Shown one piece after another: positions 19,342-28,968 of a stretch of 31,539 nucleotides of DNA. The position numbers and the translations under genes are program-made. Each line of letters opens with the position of its first letter. Within the stretch, counting starts at the first letter, position 1. The stretch comes from Gemmatimonadota bacterium (lineage in GTDB: Bacteria; Latescibacterota; UBA2968; UBA8231). The stretch lies in the NCBI GenBank assembly GCA_038153405.1, contig JAYOYH010000021.1:1-31539 (forward strand). Reading direction: 5' to 3'. The notes under the pieces are model-generated. The model had not been told where the DNA came from, searched no databases, and saw only the letters and a list, made by a program, of their open reading frames with translations.

Positions 19342-19404
19342 GTAGTCGCCTCAATGTCCATTGAAGCGACTCCCTCGCTTCGCTTTTTCCCATTGGAGTG
19401 TACT

Positions 19405-20190
19405 ATGGCACAGCACACCGCGATTTATCAGCAGGCAATCTACTACGATACCGTCTTTCGCCGCGACGTTGGGCGCGACGTGGAATTTATGCGGCAGGTC
19501 TATTGCCAGCATACCCACGGCGCGCTGCAATCGGTCCTCGACGTAGCCTGTGGACCTGGATATCACGCGCGCGCCTGCGCTCAGCGCGGTCTGCGCGGCG
19601 TCGGCTTGGACCTGCGCCCCGAAATGATCGCCTATGCGCGCGACCAAGCCGAAAGCGAAGGTATCGACGTCGAGTGGGTGATTGGCGATATGCGCGATTT
19701 TAGCCTAGCCGAGCCAGTAGACATGGCCATTTGCCCCTATGATGGCATAGATGCCCTAGTGGACAACGACGATCTCGTGGCGCATTTTCGCGCCATGGCA
19801 ACCAACCTGACACCGGGTGGACTCTATATAATCGAGAATATCCATCCGCGCTCCTGCTCCTATTACCACTACGGCAGACATACCTACCGAGGCGAGCGCG
19901 ACGGCATTGAGGTAGAGGTCACGCTCGGAGCCAACGAACCGCAATTCGATCCGATCACCGGCATTGCCGAAGTGGCCGTCGAGATGGTCGTGCGCAACGG
20001 CGTCGAAATTGCCCGTATTAAAGATACGGCGCACGAGCGCCTGTACACGCCGCAGGAAATTCGTCTCTTGGCAGAAAAGTCGGCTGCGCTGCAGGTCGTG
20101 GCCTGGTACGGCGAAATGAACATAGCGCAGCCGTTGGACAATTCACAGGGCGCGCAGAGCATGATAGCGCTATTGCAAAAAATCGGCTGA
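19405..20190 (+). CDS. Class I SAM-dependent methyltransferase
   Basis: VLDVACGPG motif I, GLDLRPEMI, GDMRDF and LTPGGLYII. GGAG RBS before ATG 19405. Confidence 0.93.
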   Translation: MAQHTAIYQQAIYYDTVFRRDVGRDVEFMRQVYCQHTHGALQSVLDVACGPGYHARACAQRGLRGVGLDLRPEMIAYARDQAESEGIDVEWVIGDMRDFSLAEPVDMAICPYDGIDALVDNDDLVAHFRAMATNLTPGGLYIIENIHPRSCSYYHYGRHTYRGERDGIEVEVTLGANEPQFDPITGIAEVAVEMVVRNGVEIARIKDTAHERLYTPQEIRLLAEKSAALQVVAWYGEMNIAQPLDNSQGAQSMIALLQKIG

Positions 20191-20217
20191 CGTCGCTCCG
20201 TCTGACCCGTGGACGGC

Positions 20218-21162
20218 TCAGTGCCGCTGTGCGCTGCGTTCGGCGCTGTCGAAATGCGAGCGCAGTTCGGGGTTTTCGCGAATGTAGTCGACCACTTCCA
20301 TGACGATGTTCTCCTGCAGCTGAATGCTCATGCCGCCATCGACTGGTAGCAGCACGCCGTTGATAAAGGCCGCCTGCGGCGAGCAGAGAAAGGCCACGGC
20401 GTGGGCGATGTCGTCGGGCGATCCCGTGCGGCGCACCGGATACTGCAGCTCAAAGAGGCGGTAGCCTTTTTCGTTGCCCTGCTCGCGCCACAGGCGCTGC
20501 ATGTTCTCCGTCATAATATGGCCGGGCGCAATGGCGTTGACGGTGATGCCCAGCGGCCCGAAGTCGATGGCCATCTGCCGCGTTAGGCCAATCACAGCGG
20601 CTTTTCCCGTTTCGTAGGTGAGCATGCGCGCGGCCTGTAAGAGGCCGTGCACCGACGAGATATTGACGATGCGACCGATTTCGGTCGGTGGTGCCTCGCC
20701 GCTACTAAAGCCTGCGCCCGGCCACGCCGGTGGGTCAAAGCCGGGCGGCGGTCCCGAGTCGCGCATGGCCGGTACGGCGTAGCGCGGTCCTAGGTAGAGG
20801 GCGTCGACCAGCTGCGTCATGCTCTGGCGATAGCCCTCGCGGTCCACTTCCAACGCGCTGCCGCGCGAGCCGGGTGCACCGCCGTAGGCATTTTGCACGA
20901 GGATGTCGAGGCGACCGAAGTGGTCGACGGCACGCTCGACCATTTCTCTGGCGACGGACTCCTCGGCCACGTTGCCGATCAGCGTGTGCACCTGCCCCCC
21001 CTGTGCCGCAATGCGCGCCGCGTTATCAACGGCATTTTCCTCGTTGATATCGACGATGAGCACCTGGGCGCCAGCCGCGGCTAGCTGGCGCGCCGTAGCG
21101 CCGCCAATGCCAGCAGCACCTCCCGTGACGATGGCAACCTTATTGGCCAGTGCATCGGCCAT
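20218..21162 (-). CDS. Short-chain dehydrogenase/reductase with a Pro/Gly-rich insertion
   Basis: TGGAAGIG, IVNISS, YETGK and VNAIAPG, PVDGG. Confidence 0.93.
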   Translation of the reverse strand: MADALANKVAIVTGGAAGIGGATARQLAAAGAQVLIVDINEENAVDNAARIAAQGGQVHTLIGNVAEESVAREMVERAVDHFGRLDILVQNAYGGAPGSRGSALEVDREGYRQSMTQLVDALYLGPRYAVPAMRDSGPPPGFDPPAWPGAGFSSGEAPPTEIGRIVNISSVHGLLQAARMLTYETGKAAVIGLTRQMAIDFGPLGITVNAIAPGHIMTENMQRLWREQGNEKGYRLFELQYPVRRTGSPDDIAHAVAFLCSPQAAFINGVLLPVDGGMSIQLQENIVMEVVDYIRENPELRSHFDSAERSAQRH

Positions 21163-21214
21163 GGTCTGTTCTCCTCGGCCCTATAACGGCCGCGTAGTGT
21201 TTATGGTGAAAGGC

Positions 21215-22192
21215 CTAGCTGCCGACTTCTTCGTTGGCGCGCTCGAGCAGCGCGCGGATATAGCCTATGGCAAAGGCGGCACCGGTATGCCGGCCGCCGA
21301 CCATATCGGGGCTGTGGTCGAGGATGAGCACGCAGTCGTTATTGACTTCGCGCAGCGCCTTCATCAGCGGGTACATATCGCAGTAGCCGTCGTCGACAAA
21401 GGATTCGACAAAGTGCGGCAGCGGCTGGCTGACGTTGCGAAAGTGCACTTTGAAAATCTTGTTCTGTGCGCCGAAGTGGTGGATCGTCTCGACGGGCGTG
21501 GCGCCCCAGGCCCCGCCCGCTTCTAACACGCAGCCCAGGCACAGGCACAGGCCGACGTTGGGGCTGTCGGCGATTTCCAGTGCGCGCTGATAGCCGGCAA
21601 AGCTACTGCCGACTACGCGCGGCACGTTGCCCAGCGTGACTCCGGGCGGATCTTCCGGATGAATCCCAATGCGCACACCGCTCTCTTCGGCAACGGGGGC
21701 AACAGCGCGGATAAAGTAGGCGTAGTTATCCCACAGCTCTTCTTCGCTGTAGGTGCGGTCAAAGGAGAAGTTTTTAAAGCTATAGCTCTCTTCGGGCAGG
21801 CGATGGCCGTCTCGGTAGGCGCGCGCGCTGGCGCCGCCGCGCGCCGCTTCGCGCGCCGAACTCGTTACGCCGGTGGCCATAAAAGAGACGGTGCGGTAGG
21901 TCAGTCCGGCGCGGCCCATGGCGCGCAGGCTATTCTGGTAGCGTTCGATTATCTCGTCGCGTCCTTCGAGGGCCAGCACTACCCGCTCGTCGTTGCTGAT
22001 GCTGCTGCATGTGGCCACCTGTAGGCCCACCTCGGCGGCCCTGTCGACGATGGCTTTGTACTCGTCGTAGGTCTCGGCCCCCGACCACATAGCTAGGTGC
22101 TCGACGCCGAGTTGTTTGGCCAACTGCACGCCCTCTTCGCTATCGGGCGAGGTTTGCAGAGCAATTTTGATATTGGATGTATTTTTTTTCAC
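21215..22192 (-). CDS. Mannonate dehydratase (UxuA) family, divergent paralog 3
   Basis: LWDNYAYF...PVAEESGVRIGIHPEDPP, LCLGC, VHFRNV, FVESFVDDG and LDHSP. Confidence 0.83.
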   Translation of the reverse strand: MKKNTSNIKIALQTSPDSEEGVQLAKQLGVEHLAMWSGAETYDEYKAIVDRAAEVGLQVATCSSISNDERVVLALEGRDEIIERYQNSLRAMGRAGLTYRTVSFMATGVTSSAREAARGGASARAYRDGHRLPEESYSFKNFSFDRTYSEEELWDNYAYFIRAVAPVAEESGVRIGIHPEDPPGVTLGNVPRVVGSSFAGYQRALEIADSPNVGLCLCLGCVLEAGGAWGATPVETIHHFGAQNKIFKVHFRNVSQPLPHFVESFVDDGYCDMYPLMKALREVNNDCVLILDHSPDMVGGRHTGAAFAIGYIRALLERANEEVGS

Positions 22193-22204
22193 GTCAGTTT
22201 CCCA

Positions 22205-23233
22205 TTAATCCAGCGTGGTGGCCATGACCCAGAACGGCTTATGCCCAACTTCGATTTCGTCGAATTCCTCTAGGGCGCCGCTGCTCGCATCGATGCGGAA
22301 GCACTTCATGCGGTCGGCCGCCTCGCCGGCGCAGTAGAGAAAGCGCCCGCTGGGGTCGATGTTAAACGAGCGCGGACTGGCCGGGACGGAGTAGTGGCCA
22401 AAGGGCGTCAGCGCCCCGTCGTCGGCGATGGTAAGCCCGACGATGCTGTCGTGGCCGCGGTTGGACCCGTAGGCCCAGCGCCCGTTGGGATGCACTTCTA
22501 CGTGTGCGGTGGACCCGCCTTCTTGCTCCCAGCCGTCGGGCAGCGTCGACAGATGCTGAAAGCGCTCCAGCGTGCCCGTGCCTGCGTCGTAGCGGTGCGC
22601 CGAAACCGTCTTGCCCTGCTCGTTAATGATGTAGGCGACGTCGCCAGCCGGACGAAAGCAGATGTGGCGTGGGCCGGTGTTATCGTCGGGGGGGAGCAGC
22701 TCGGCCGGGTCGTTTTCGGATAGCAGGCCGGTGTCGGTGTCAAAGCGGAATTGGCAGGTTTTGTTGGTGGGGCAGACGTGCGGCACAATGACGGCGCGAT
22801 CGTCGGGAGAGATGTGCACGGCATGGGCTTTAGGGCCGGTTTGCACGTGCTGAATTTGTTCTCCGATGGCTCCGTCTGCTCCCAAGCGGTGGACCGTGAT
22901 ACCGCCGCCGCCGTAGTAGGCCGTCAGCAGGTAGCGTCCCCCGCTGTCGGTGACGGAGTGGGCTGGGATATCAATGCCGGTGTCGACCTGGTTGAGCAGC
23001 GTGAGCTGTCCGCTGGACTTGTCGATATGGAAGCTGGCCAACGTCGTCGACTCGACGTGCGCGTCGTAGAGCACGTCCAACTGCGGGTGCAAAAAGAGCG
23101 CACCGGAGGGGCCATGAGCCGGACTCGTGGCGCGCAGACTCAGCGCGCCGTTAGATGCATCGAGGTCGTATACATTGATTTTCTCGTCGCCGGTCAGCGA
23201 GACGAAGACGACGGTGGAAGGCGTTTGTGTCAT
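22205..23233 (-). CDS. Lactonase family beta-propeller (6-phosphogluconolactonase-like)
   Basis: YLLTAYYGGG, AHAV, GPRHI.F, YIINE, YGSNRGHDSI and PRSFNIDPSGRFL. Confidence 0.92.
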   Translation of the reverse strand: MTQTPSTVVFVSLTGDEKINVYDLDASNGALSLRATSPAHGPSGALFLHPQLDVLYDAHVESTTLASFHIDKSSGQLTLLNQVDTGIDIPAHSVTDSGGRYLLTAYYGGGGITVHRLGADGAIGEQIQHVQTGPKAHAVHISPDDRAVIVPHVCPTNKTCQFRFDTDTGLLSENDPAELLPPDDNTGPRHICFRPAGDVAYIINEQGKTVSAHRYDAGTGTLERFQHLSTLPDGWEQEGGSTAHVEVHPNGRWAYGSNRGHDSIVGLTIADDGALTPFGHYSVPASPRSFNIDPSGRFLYCAGEAADRMKCFRIDASSGALEEFDEIEVGHKPFWVMATTLD

Positions 23234-23351
23234 GGTGGGCGTTCTCCTGGTGTGTGCTGGACGGAAGGCAATGTATGCCAATTCTATGGGTGCGCCAAAT
23301 CGATAGGGAAGCAGCGGTATTTAGTAGTTTATACGGCTTCTACTGGATACC

Positions 23352-24683
23352 TCATTTAAACTTCGGCAACCACGCGCCATGCGCTTTGATCAGGTCGTCG
23401 CAGAGCTTGCGAATGTCGTCGATTGATAGCTCGGCTGAGGTATGCGGATCGAGCATCGCGGCATGGTAGATGTGCTCTTTCTTGCCGGTGAATGCGGCTT
23501 CTAACGTGAGCAACTGCGTGTTGATATTGGTGCGATTGAGGGCGGCACACTGCTCGGGCAGGTCGCCGACGTAAGTGCCCTGCACGCCGTTTTTGTCGAC
23601 TAGGCACGACACTTCAACGCAGGCGTTGCCCGGTAGGTTGGTAATTAGGCCGTTGTTGAGCACGTTGCCGCCGATGACGATGGGCTGCCCGGTGGTGATG
23701 GCTTCCATGATATGCGAACCGTACTCGTGCGTGCGTCGGTGCGTCAAGCTCGCGCCGCGCAGCGATTGCTTCTGGTCTTTCCAGCGCGCGATCTGGTTGA
23801 CGCAGCGGCGCGGATACTCGTCGAGGGGAATGTTGAATTCATCGACTAAGTGCGGGTAGGTCGACTTGATAAAGTAGGGCACGTACTCGGAGAGGTGCTC
23901 AGACGACTCGGTTATGTAGTAGCCGAAGTTGAGCATCATATAGAGGCGCACCATATCAAAATTTTTGTCGGGCCCTTTGCGCCAAGCCGCCAGCTTTTTC
24001 CGCGCGCGCTTTTTGATTTCCGGATAGAGGTCCTTGCCGCCGTCAGTGATCTCTAGCAGCCACGCCATGTGGTTGATGCCGGCGATCTTCCACTGCAGAT
24101 CTTTGACGTCATCTAACATATCTAAGTTGCGCAGCAGCGTCGTGGCGCAGACCTGCACGGAATGGCAGAGGCCGACGGCTTTGACGCTGGTTTGGCGCAG
24201 GATACCGCCGGTCAGCGCACACATGGGGTTGGTGTAATTGAGCAGCCAGGCGTCGGGACAGACCTTTTCCATATCGCGCGCAAAGTCGAGCATGACGGGA
24301 AAGGTGCGCAGCACGCGAAAGATGCCGCCGATGCCGATGGTGTCGGCGATGGTTTGGCGCAGGCCGTACTTTTTGGGAATCTCAAAGTCGGTGATGGTGC
24401 ACGGATCGTAGCCGCCGACTTGAATGGCATTGACGACAAAGTCAGCACCCTGTAAGGCGCTGCGGCGCTGGCGAGGGCCCAAGTGCGTCTTAACCTTAGC
24501 GCGCCCGCCGTTGATATTCCTGTTCAGTGCGCGCATGACGGCCGCCGACTCTTTTAAACGCGTCTCGTCGATGTCGTAGAGAGCAATTTCGGCATCCTGC
24601 AGCGCGGGGGTGCACATGCTGTCGCCGAGAATGTTTTTGGCGAACACGGTGCTGCCGGCGCCGATAAAGGTAATCTTGGGCAT
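23352..24683 (-). CDS. melA: NAD-dependent alpha-galactosidase/glucosidase, GH4
   Basis: KITFIGAGSTVF, DFEIPKKYGLRQTIADTIGIGGIFR, LNYTNPM, GLCHSV, AGINHMAW and TESSEH. Confidence 0.93.
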   Translation of the reverse strand: MPKITFIGAGSTVFAKNILGDSMCTPALQDAEIALYDIDETRLKESAAVMRALNRNINGGRAKVKTHLGPRQRRSALQGADFVVNAIQVGGYDPCTITDFEIPKKYGLRQTIADTIGIGGIFRVLRTFPVMLDFARDMEKVCPDAWLLNYTNPMCALTGGILRQTSVKAVGLCHSVQVCATTLLRNLDMLDDVKDLQWKIAGINHMAWLLEITDGGKDLYPEIKKRARKKLAAWRKGPDKNFDMVRLYMMLNFGYYITESSEHLSEYVPYFIKSTYPHLVDEFNIPLDEYPRRCVNQIARWKDQKQSLRGASLTHRRTHEYGSHIMEAITTGQPIVIGGNVLNNGLITNLPGNACVEVSCLVDKNGVQGTYVGDLPEQCAALNRTNINTQLLTLEAAFTGKKEHIYHAAMLDPHTSAELSIDDIRKLCDDLIKAHGAWLPKFK

Positions 24684-24787
24684 GGGGTGCTCCTATGTGT
24701 AGAGATCGTGCATAGCGATAGAAAGAGCTATGCACAGAATTTATGTGTGATATGAGATGTCGGTACTAATCTGAATCGGTGGGTTAT

Positions 24788-27262
24788 TCACGGCGCATTT
24801 TGATCAGAATAAGTATGTGGCGTTTCTCCAGTGTGATTGCCTGCCTCTATGAGGTGTGCTTGCTTAGAGTAGAATTGCGCAGCTTCGTGCGGGCCATATT
24901 CTTCCGCAATGGCTTCTCCTAGCGCACGACAAACTGTGGCTTGGTTTGGATTAAATTGCAGAGAGTCTTTCCAGTGAGCGATTGCCTGTTTTCTGTTGCC
25001 TGTTTCCCACTCTAGAGAGGCGAGATTGTTAAATGCCAGTTCGTGTGGTGCGATCTGGAGGGCAAATTCCAGAACATCTCTTTTTTGGTCGCTGTGCTTA
25101 TCGAGAAAAGATAGGGAAAAGTATGTATAGTTTTCAGCTAAGGTTAAACGATCGACTGGTGGTAAGTCGGAATACTCTTCGGGTTCCAAGTTTAGCAGAA
25201 CGTGTACGGCGATATCAATGTGTCCGAGAGTGGCATAAGTAACCGCTGTCGTTGCAGGGGCTGACTTTCTCGTATTTGTGCTCTTAAGATACGATACGAT
25301 ACTGTGTGCATTCAGTGGTCTATAGGCATCGTAGAGCGATTTTGACTTTTCTTCTTCGCCTAGGTGAAGAAAGCTCTGTGATGCGATGGGATATGCTATT
25401 TTCGTGTGGGGCAGACGGTTGATTAATGAACCAGCTTGCTCCGCAGCTCGTTGATAATCTCCCGACTTAAAATGAGTAGATACATTCAAGAAGTCCTTGT
25501 CCGGGCAGTCTGCGTTGACAACAATCGAGCGAAACCACTTTTCGACGGCTGTGTGGAATTTCTCCGTATCTTTTTTTAGTAAAACTACAGTAGGGTGATC
25601 ATAGCCCAGAAAAGAGGGTTCGGCATTGCCATCTATAAAAGATAATTTCCATAGGTTAGGTTCAATCTTGAGCTGACTGATGGATTCAAAGCCGAGCTCC
25701 TCGCTTAATAGCCGTATATAGAAATCAGCTGCGACGGGAAAAAGAGATGGCATCGCGGTAAATTGCCTAAAACGATTTTCCTTAATAAGGGCGATGTAGT
25801 CGATGTTGCTAAGGGACTTCTGTAGCATACCGATCTGTCCTGAACACAGCATGTATGGGCTGGAGTAGAAATACTCAGAAAGTCCCAAGTGATGAGTGCT
25901 ATATCGGGTGGTGTCTAAAAGCGGCAACATAGAAAATCCACCTCTTTCAATACCAATACGACTCCCTGCTGGTATGTGCCGTGCTATGGTACGCGCTGCT
26001 GTAAGACGGCTGTCTTCTTCCGAATAGATAGACGCGAACGCCACCCCGTAAACGCTGATATGGAGCAGCAGAGCAACAGCTAACAGTGCATGCGCTATTT
26101 CTTGCAGGCGCCCCACGACATGTTCTTTGACCGATATAAAAAAATGGCCAATAAACAGAACTATAAAAGGCAAAAAAGAAACGGTATAGCGCACGTGTTG
26201 CGTTTTTAAACTGCCGACAAGCAGGAATTGCAAACCGCACCAAAGCAGCATGGCGCGGGCGGGCCACGGTCCTTTCCAAAAGGCGTAGGCGATAGCGATC
26301 GGCGTCACTAGCGAAAAGGGCCACCCCATGCTGAGCGGTAGTAGTTGGGTCCAAGTGTCGAGATAGGGAACGGTATTGTAATATGCGAGAGTCCATGGTT
26401 GTAGAATGCTACCGTTGGCAATTTGAACCGAGAGTCCAAAGTCGTGTGTGCTAATGGCCTGCTGAAACCACAGTGGGCTCGATACCATATACGGGTGCAG
26501 GATCAACAGCGTAGCTAAAGCCGTCGTGCCGGCAGCCGACAGATGGTGGCTGCGAATTAGACGCTTTGGCTGCCAGCCGTTTCGACCGGCATCGAGTGCG
26601 ACTAGCAAGATACCCAGCAGTATGCCGTTGAGCCGGCAGGCGCTAGCACCGCCAATAAGTAGACCTGTATATGCGTAGTGGAGGAGGGATCCTCGTTCGA
26701 CAGCGCGTGCGCCAAGGTACATAGCTGCGAGAGCGAACGCGAGAAACACGCCATCCACGATATAGAAATGGGCTTGCTGAACGGCGCCAGGGGCAACGGA
26801 TAATAGAAGGAGTGCGAAGAGTGCTGTCTGAGGCGAGAAGTAGCGCATGCCGAGTAGCCAGGTAAATAGCAGGCATGCCGTGCTCAGGCAGATGGCTAGG
26901 AAACGCGCTGTTAGATAGACGCTGCGCATACCTTCTGTGTCCTGCGCTATAACGTCTGCCAGACCGGTGAGCGTTAGGGCTCCGCGCAAGATGTAGACGG
27001 GCAGTAGGCCGTATGCAGTAAAGGGTGGAGCTAATGGATCGATGGGCTGTAGGCTAGCCCGTACGATAGTGGATTCATCGGGGTGGAAGGTGTAGAACGC
27101 CCTCTGCCCATCGGCTGCGCCGGCCGGCTGAACAATGTAGTCACTGGTGCCGCGTTCAAAGCCGGTACAGCGGAGCAGAATCCCCACGAGAAGAATGGCT
27201 GCGGCGCACGCGTGATAGAAACGCAGGCTGCTGTTTTCACGGCGCTCAGTGTGCACAGTCAA
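24788..27262 (-). CDS. GT-C-fold (PMT/ArnT-like) membrane glycosyltransferase with a C-terminal TPR region
   Basis: Short N-terminal TM, FHPDE loop, multiple TMs, QAHFYIVD and RY..SFLP. C-terminal AFNNLA...AIAHWKDSLQFNPNQATVCRALG is TPR-like. Confidence 0.8.
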   Translation of the reverse strand: MTVHTERRENSSLRFYHACAAAILLVGILLRCTGFERGTSDYIVQPAGAADGQRAFYTFHPDESTIVRASLQPIDPLAPPFTAYGLLPVYILRGALTLTGLADVIAQDTEGMRSVYLTARFLAICLSTACLLFTWLLGMRYFSPQTALFALLLLSVAPGAVQQAHFYIVDGVFLAFALAAMYLGARAVERGSLLHYAYTGLLIGGASACRLNGILLGILLVALDAGRNGWQPKRLIRSHHLSAAGTTALATLLILHPYMVSSPLWFQQAISTHDFGLSVQIANGSILQPWTLAYYNTVPYLDTWTQLLPLSMGWPFSLVTPIAIAYAFWKGPWPARAMLLWCGLQFLLVGSLKTQHVRYTVSFLPFIVLFIGHFFISVKEHVVGRLQEIAHALLAVALLLHISVYGVAFASIYSEEDSRLTAARTIARHIPAGSRIGIERGGFSMLPLLDTTRYSTHHLGLSEYFYSSPYMLCSGQIGMLQKSLSNIDYIALIKENRFRQFTAMPSLFPVAADFYIRLLSEELGFESISQLKIEPNLWKLSFIDGNAEPSFLGYDHPTVVLLKKDTEKFHTAVEKWFRSIVVNADCPDKDFLNVSTHFKSGDYQRAAEQAGSLINRLPHTKIAYPIASQSFLHLGEEEKSKSLYDAYRPLNAHSIVSYLKSTNTRKSAPATTAVTYATLGHIDIAVHVLLNLEPEEYSDLPPVDRLTLAENYTYFSLSFLDKHSDQKRDVLEFALQIAPHELAFNNLASLEWETGNRKQAIAHWKDSLQFNPNQATVCRALGEAIAEEYGPHEAAQFYSKQAHLIEAGNHTGETPHTYSDQNAP

Positions 27263-27312
27263 ATAGTATCATACCCTGTTTGATGCATGTGGTGCTGCAG
27301 TCGCATAGTGCC

Positions 27313-28659
27313 TTAAAACGAGCTGCCGATACCCGTGTGCGGACACCAGCGCAGCGTCTGCAGTATATCGAACGCCGCCTCGGTAGCGGCCGGCGTGCCC
27401 ATGCGCTGCAGTGCTTCAAGCGACTTGGCCTGCACGTAGCGATTAGGATCCGAAAGGGCGGCCCGTTTCAGTTGAGGCACGGCATCGGCCGCGTCGCTTC
27501 CCAGACGCAGCAAGCTCAGCGCGACGTAGCGCCGCACCCACTCGTCCTCTTCACTCTCGAGCGCCTCGGCCAGCGCGCCCGCGCGCAGTCCGTTGCCGTC
27601 AATAGTGCCGAGGGCATGCGCGGCGTTGAGACGCACCACTTGCTCCTTGTCGTGCAGGGCGTTGATGAGCATCGCCTCGCTGTCTCCTGCTGCGCGACCG
27701 ATATCGCCGAGCACATCGGCGGCTGCAGCCCGTCTCGTCGTATCCGTATCGCTCAGTGCTTCCATGAGCGCTGGAACAGCTTGTCTGTCCATTGCCGACA
27801 GCGCGTAGCCGGCGTTGCGCCGCACGTAGGCCGATTCGTCGCCCAGCAGATTGCTCAGGTCTGCAGTGACATCCCGTCCACCGCGCGCCAGTCCGTAAGC
27901 GGCCTGCAGCGCTTTCGTTTCGTCTTCCGATTTCAGCGTCTCCAAGAGCATGCTCCGGTCACCCACAATGCCGCCGTTGGCCGGAGGGGCGCCTCGGTGC
28001 CAATCCCACACGCTATTCCACATCAGATTACCGGTATCCCACGCCTCGCCCTGACCATCCCACGTTGGCGCTGTGGGCTCTTCCACGCGCACAAAGAGAA
28101 ACTTTACCATATAGCGCGGCAGCTCGACTAGGTTGGGCGTGGCGCGATGCCACAGGTCGTAGTGGACGATGGTCACGCTGCCGGCCTCGCCCCACAGGGG
28201 TATTTCTTCGCCCACGTCGGCGCTGGGCTGGTTGTTGTAGTAGTGCGAACCCGGCACGATGCCCGTGGGGCCGCGCTCGACGGGCGTGTCCTGCGGATAG
28301 TAGAAGGCCATGGTCCAGCGCGTGCGGTGCTGAAAGCGGGACCAGCTGTCTTTGTGCAGGTTTTGCCCCTCGCTGCTCGGCTTGTTGAAATGGCAGTGGC
28401 GGTGCGGATGCAGGTAGTATTTTTCGCCGAGTATGCTAGTCAGCGCGCCGCTGATCTGCGGATGGTCGAACACCTGCTGCAGTTGCGGCACCATCGGCAG
28501 GATGTTGTTGCCCGGATTGCCGACGCGCTCAAAGGCCTTTTCTGTCGTCTCGTAGACTTCGCGGTGGAACGATTCGGGCAGGTCTGGCTTGAGGCTGATA
28601 TAGCCGTTGGCGACGAAGTCGCGCATCTGCGCTTCGCTGAGTTTTATCGCGTTGCTCAT
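27313..28659 (-). CDS. PhyH-family dioxygenase fused to HEAT repeats
   Basis: FVANGY, LHKD, GPTGIVPGSH and LWHRA. C-terminal repeats VRRNAGYAL, VRLNAAHALG and VRRYVALSL. Confidence 0.9.
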   Translation of the reverse strand: MSNAIKLSEAQMRDFVANGYISLKPDLPESFHREVYETTEKAFERVGNPGNNILPMVPQLQQVFDHPQISGALTSILGEKYYLHPHRHCHFNKPSSEGQNLHKDSWSRFQHRTRWTMAFYYPQDTPVERGPTGIVPGSHYYNNQPSADVGEEIPLWGEAGSVTIVHYDLWHRATPNLVELPRYMVKFLFVRVEEPTAPTWDGQGEAWDTGNLMWNSVWDWHRGAPPANGGIVGDRSMLLETLKSEDETKALQAAYGLARGGRDVTADLSNLLGDESAYVRRNAGYALSAMDRQAVPALMEALSDTDTTRRAAAADVLGDIGRAAGDSEAMLINALHDKEQVVRLNAAHALGTIDGNGLRAGALAEALESEEDEWVRRYVALSLLRLGSDAADAVPQLKRAALSDPNRYVQAKSLEALQRMGTPAATEAAFDILQTLRWCPHTGIGSSF

Positions 28660-28671
28660 GCTAAGTACTCC
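28487..28671 (-). repeat. Direct repeat copy 1 (5' end and RBS of the intact PhyH-HEAT gene)
   Basis: Matches 29684-29871. Hand count is 9 mismatches over the 156-bp core. Confidence 0.92.
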
Positions 28672-28683
28672 TGTGCGGACGTT

Positions 28684-28702
28684 TTTATAACGCCGTTATA
28701 AA
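28684..28702. promoter_or_regulatory. Perfect palindrome, candidate operator
   Basis: TTTATAACG-C-CGTTATAAA, about 25 bp upstream of the PhyH-HEAT start. Confidence 0.5.
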
Positions 28703-28859
28703 TGCCTGATTAAAATTCATGGTGCGTCATTGTGAATAGAATGCGATACCTTTCTCCAGCGCCTCAAAATACAAAAACCCAATCGCTGCGACCAAGACCC
28801 AAGAACGGTGCCACAAAAGTGAGCCCACTGTGATTTCCGTGAGACAGTTGATCAAACGC

Positions 28860-28886
28860 AAAAAAGCCAGTCCATTTATGGACTGG
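28860..28886 (-). terminator. Intrinsic terminator downstream of the toxin gene
   Basis: Minus strand reads CCAGTCCA-taaa-TGGACTGG-C-TTTTTT. Confidence 0.75.
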
Positions 28887-28968
28887 TCAGGTCTACGGCG
28901 TATCCAATTTTTGATGTGCTGGATGTCTTGTCAGTAGGAGAGTGGTCGCGAAAGATTGAATGACGACT

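Noticed and set aside
23316..23351. Imperfect inverted repeat after the GH4 stop codon
   Set aside because: It has C-A mismatches on the coding strand and no U-tract, so it is not a convincing terminator.
27280..28131. Long antisense ORFs (also 611-1441, 12865-13620 and others)
   Set aside because: Shadow frames of real genes, expected in high-GC DNA, with no recognisable motifs.
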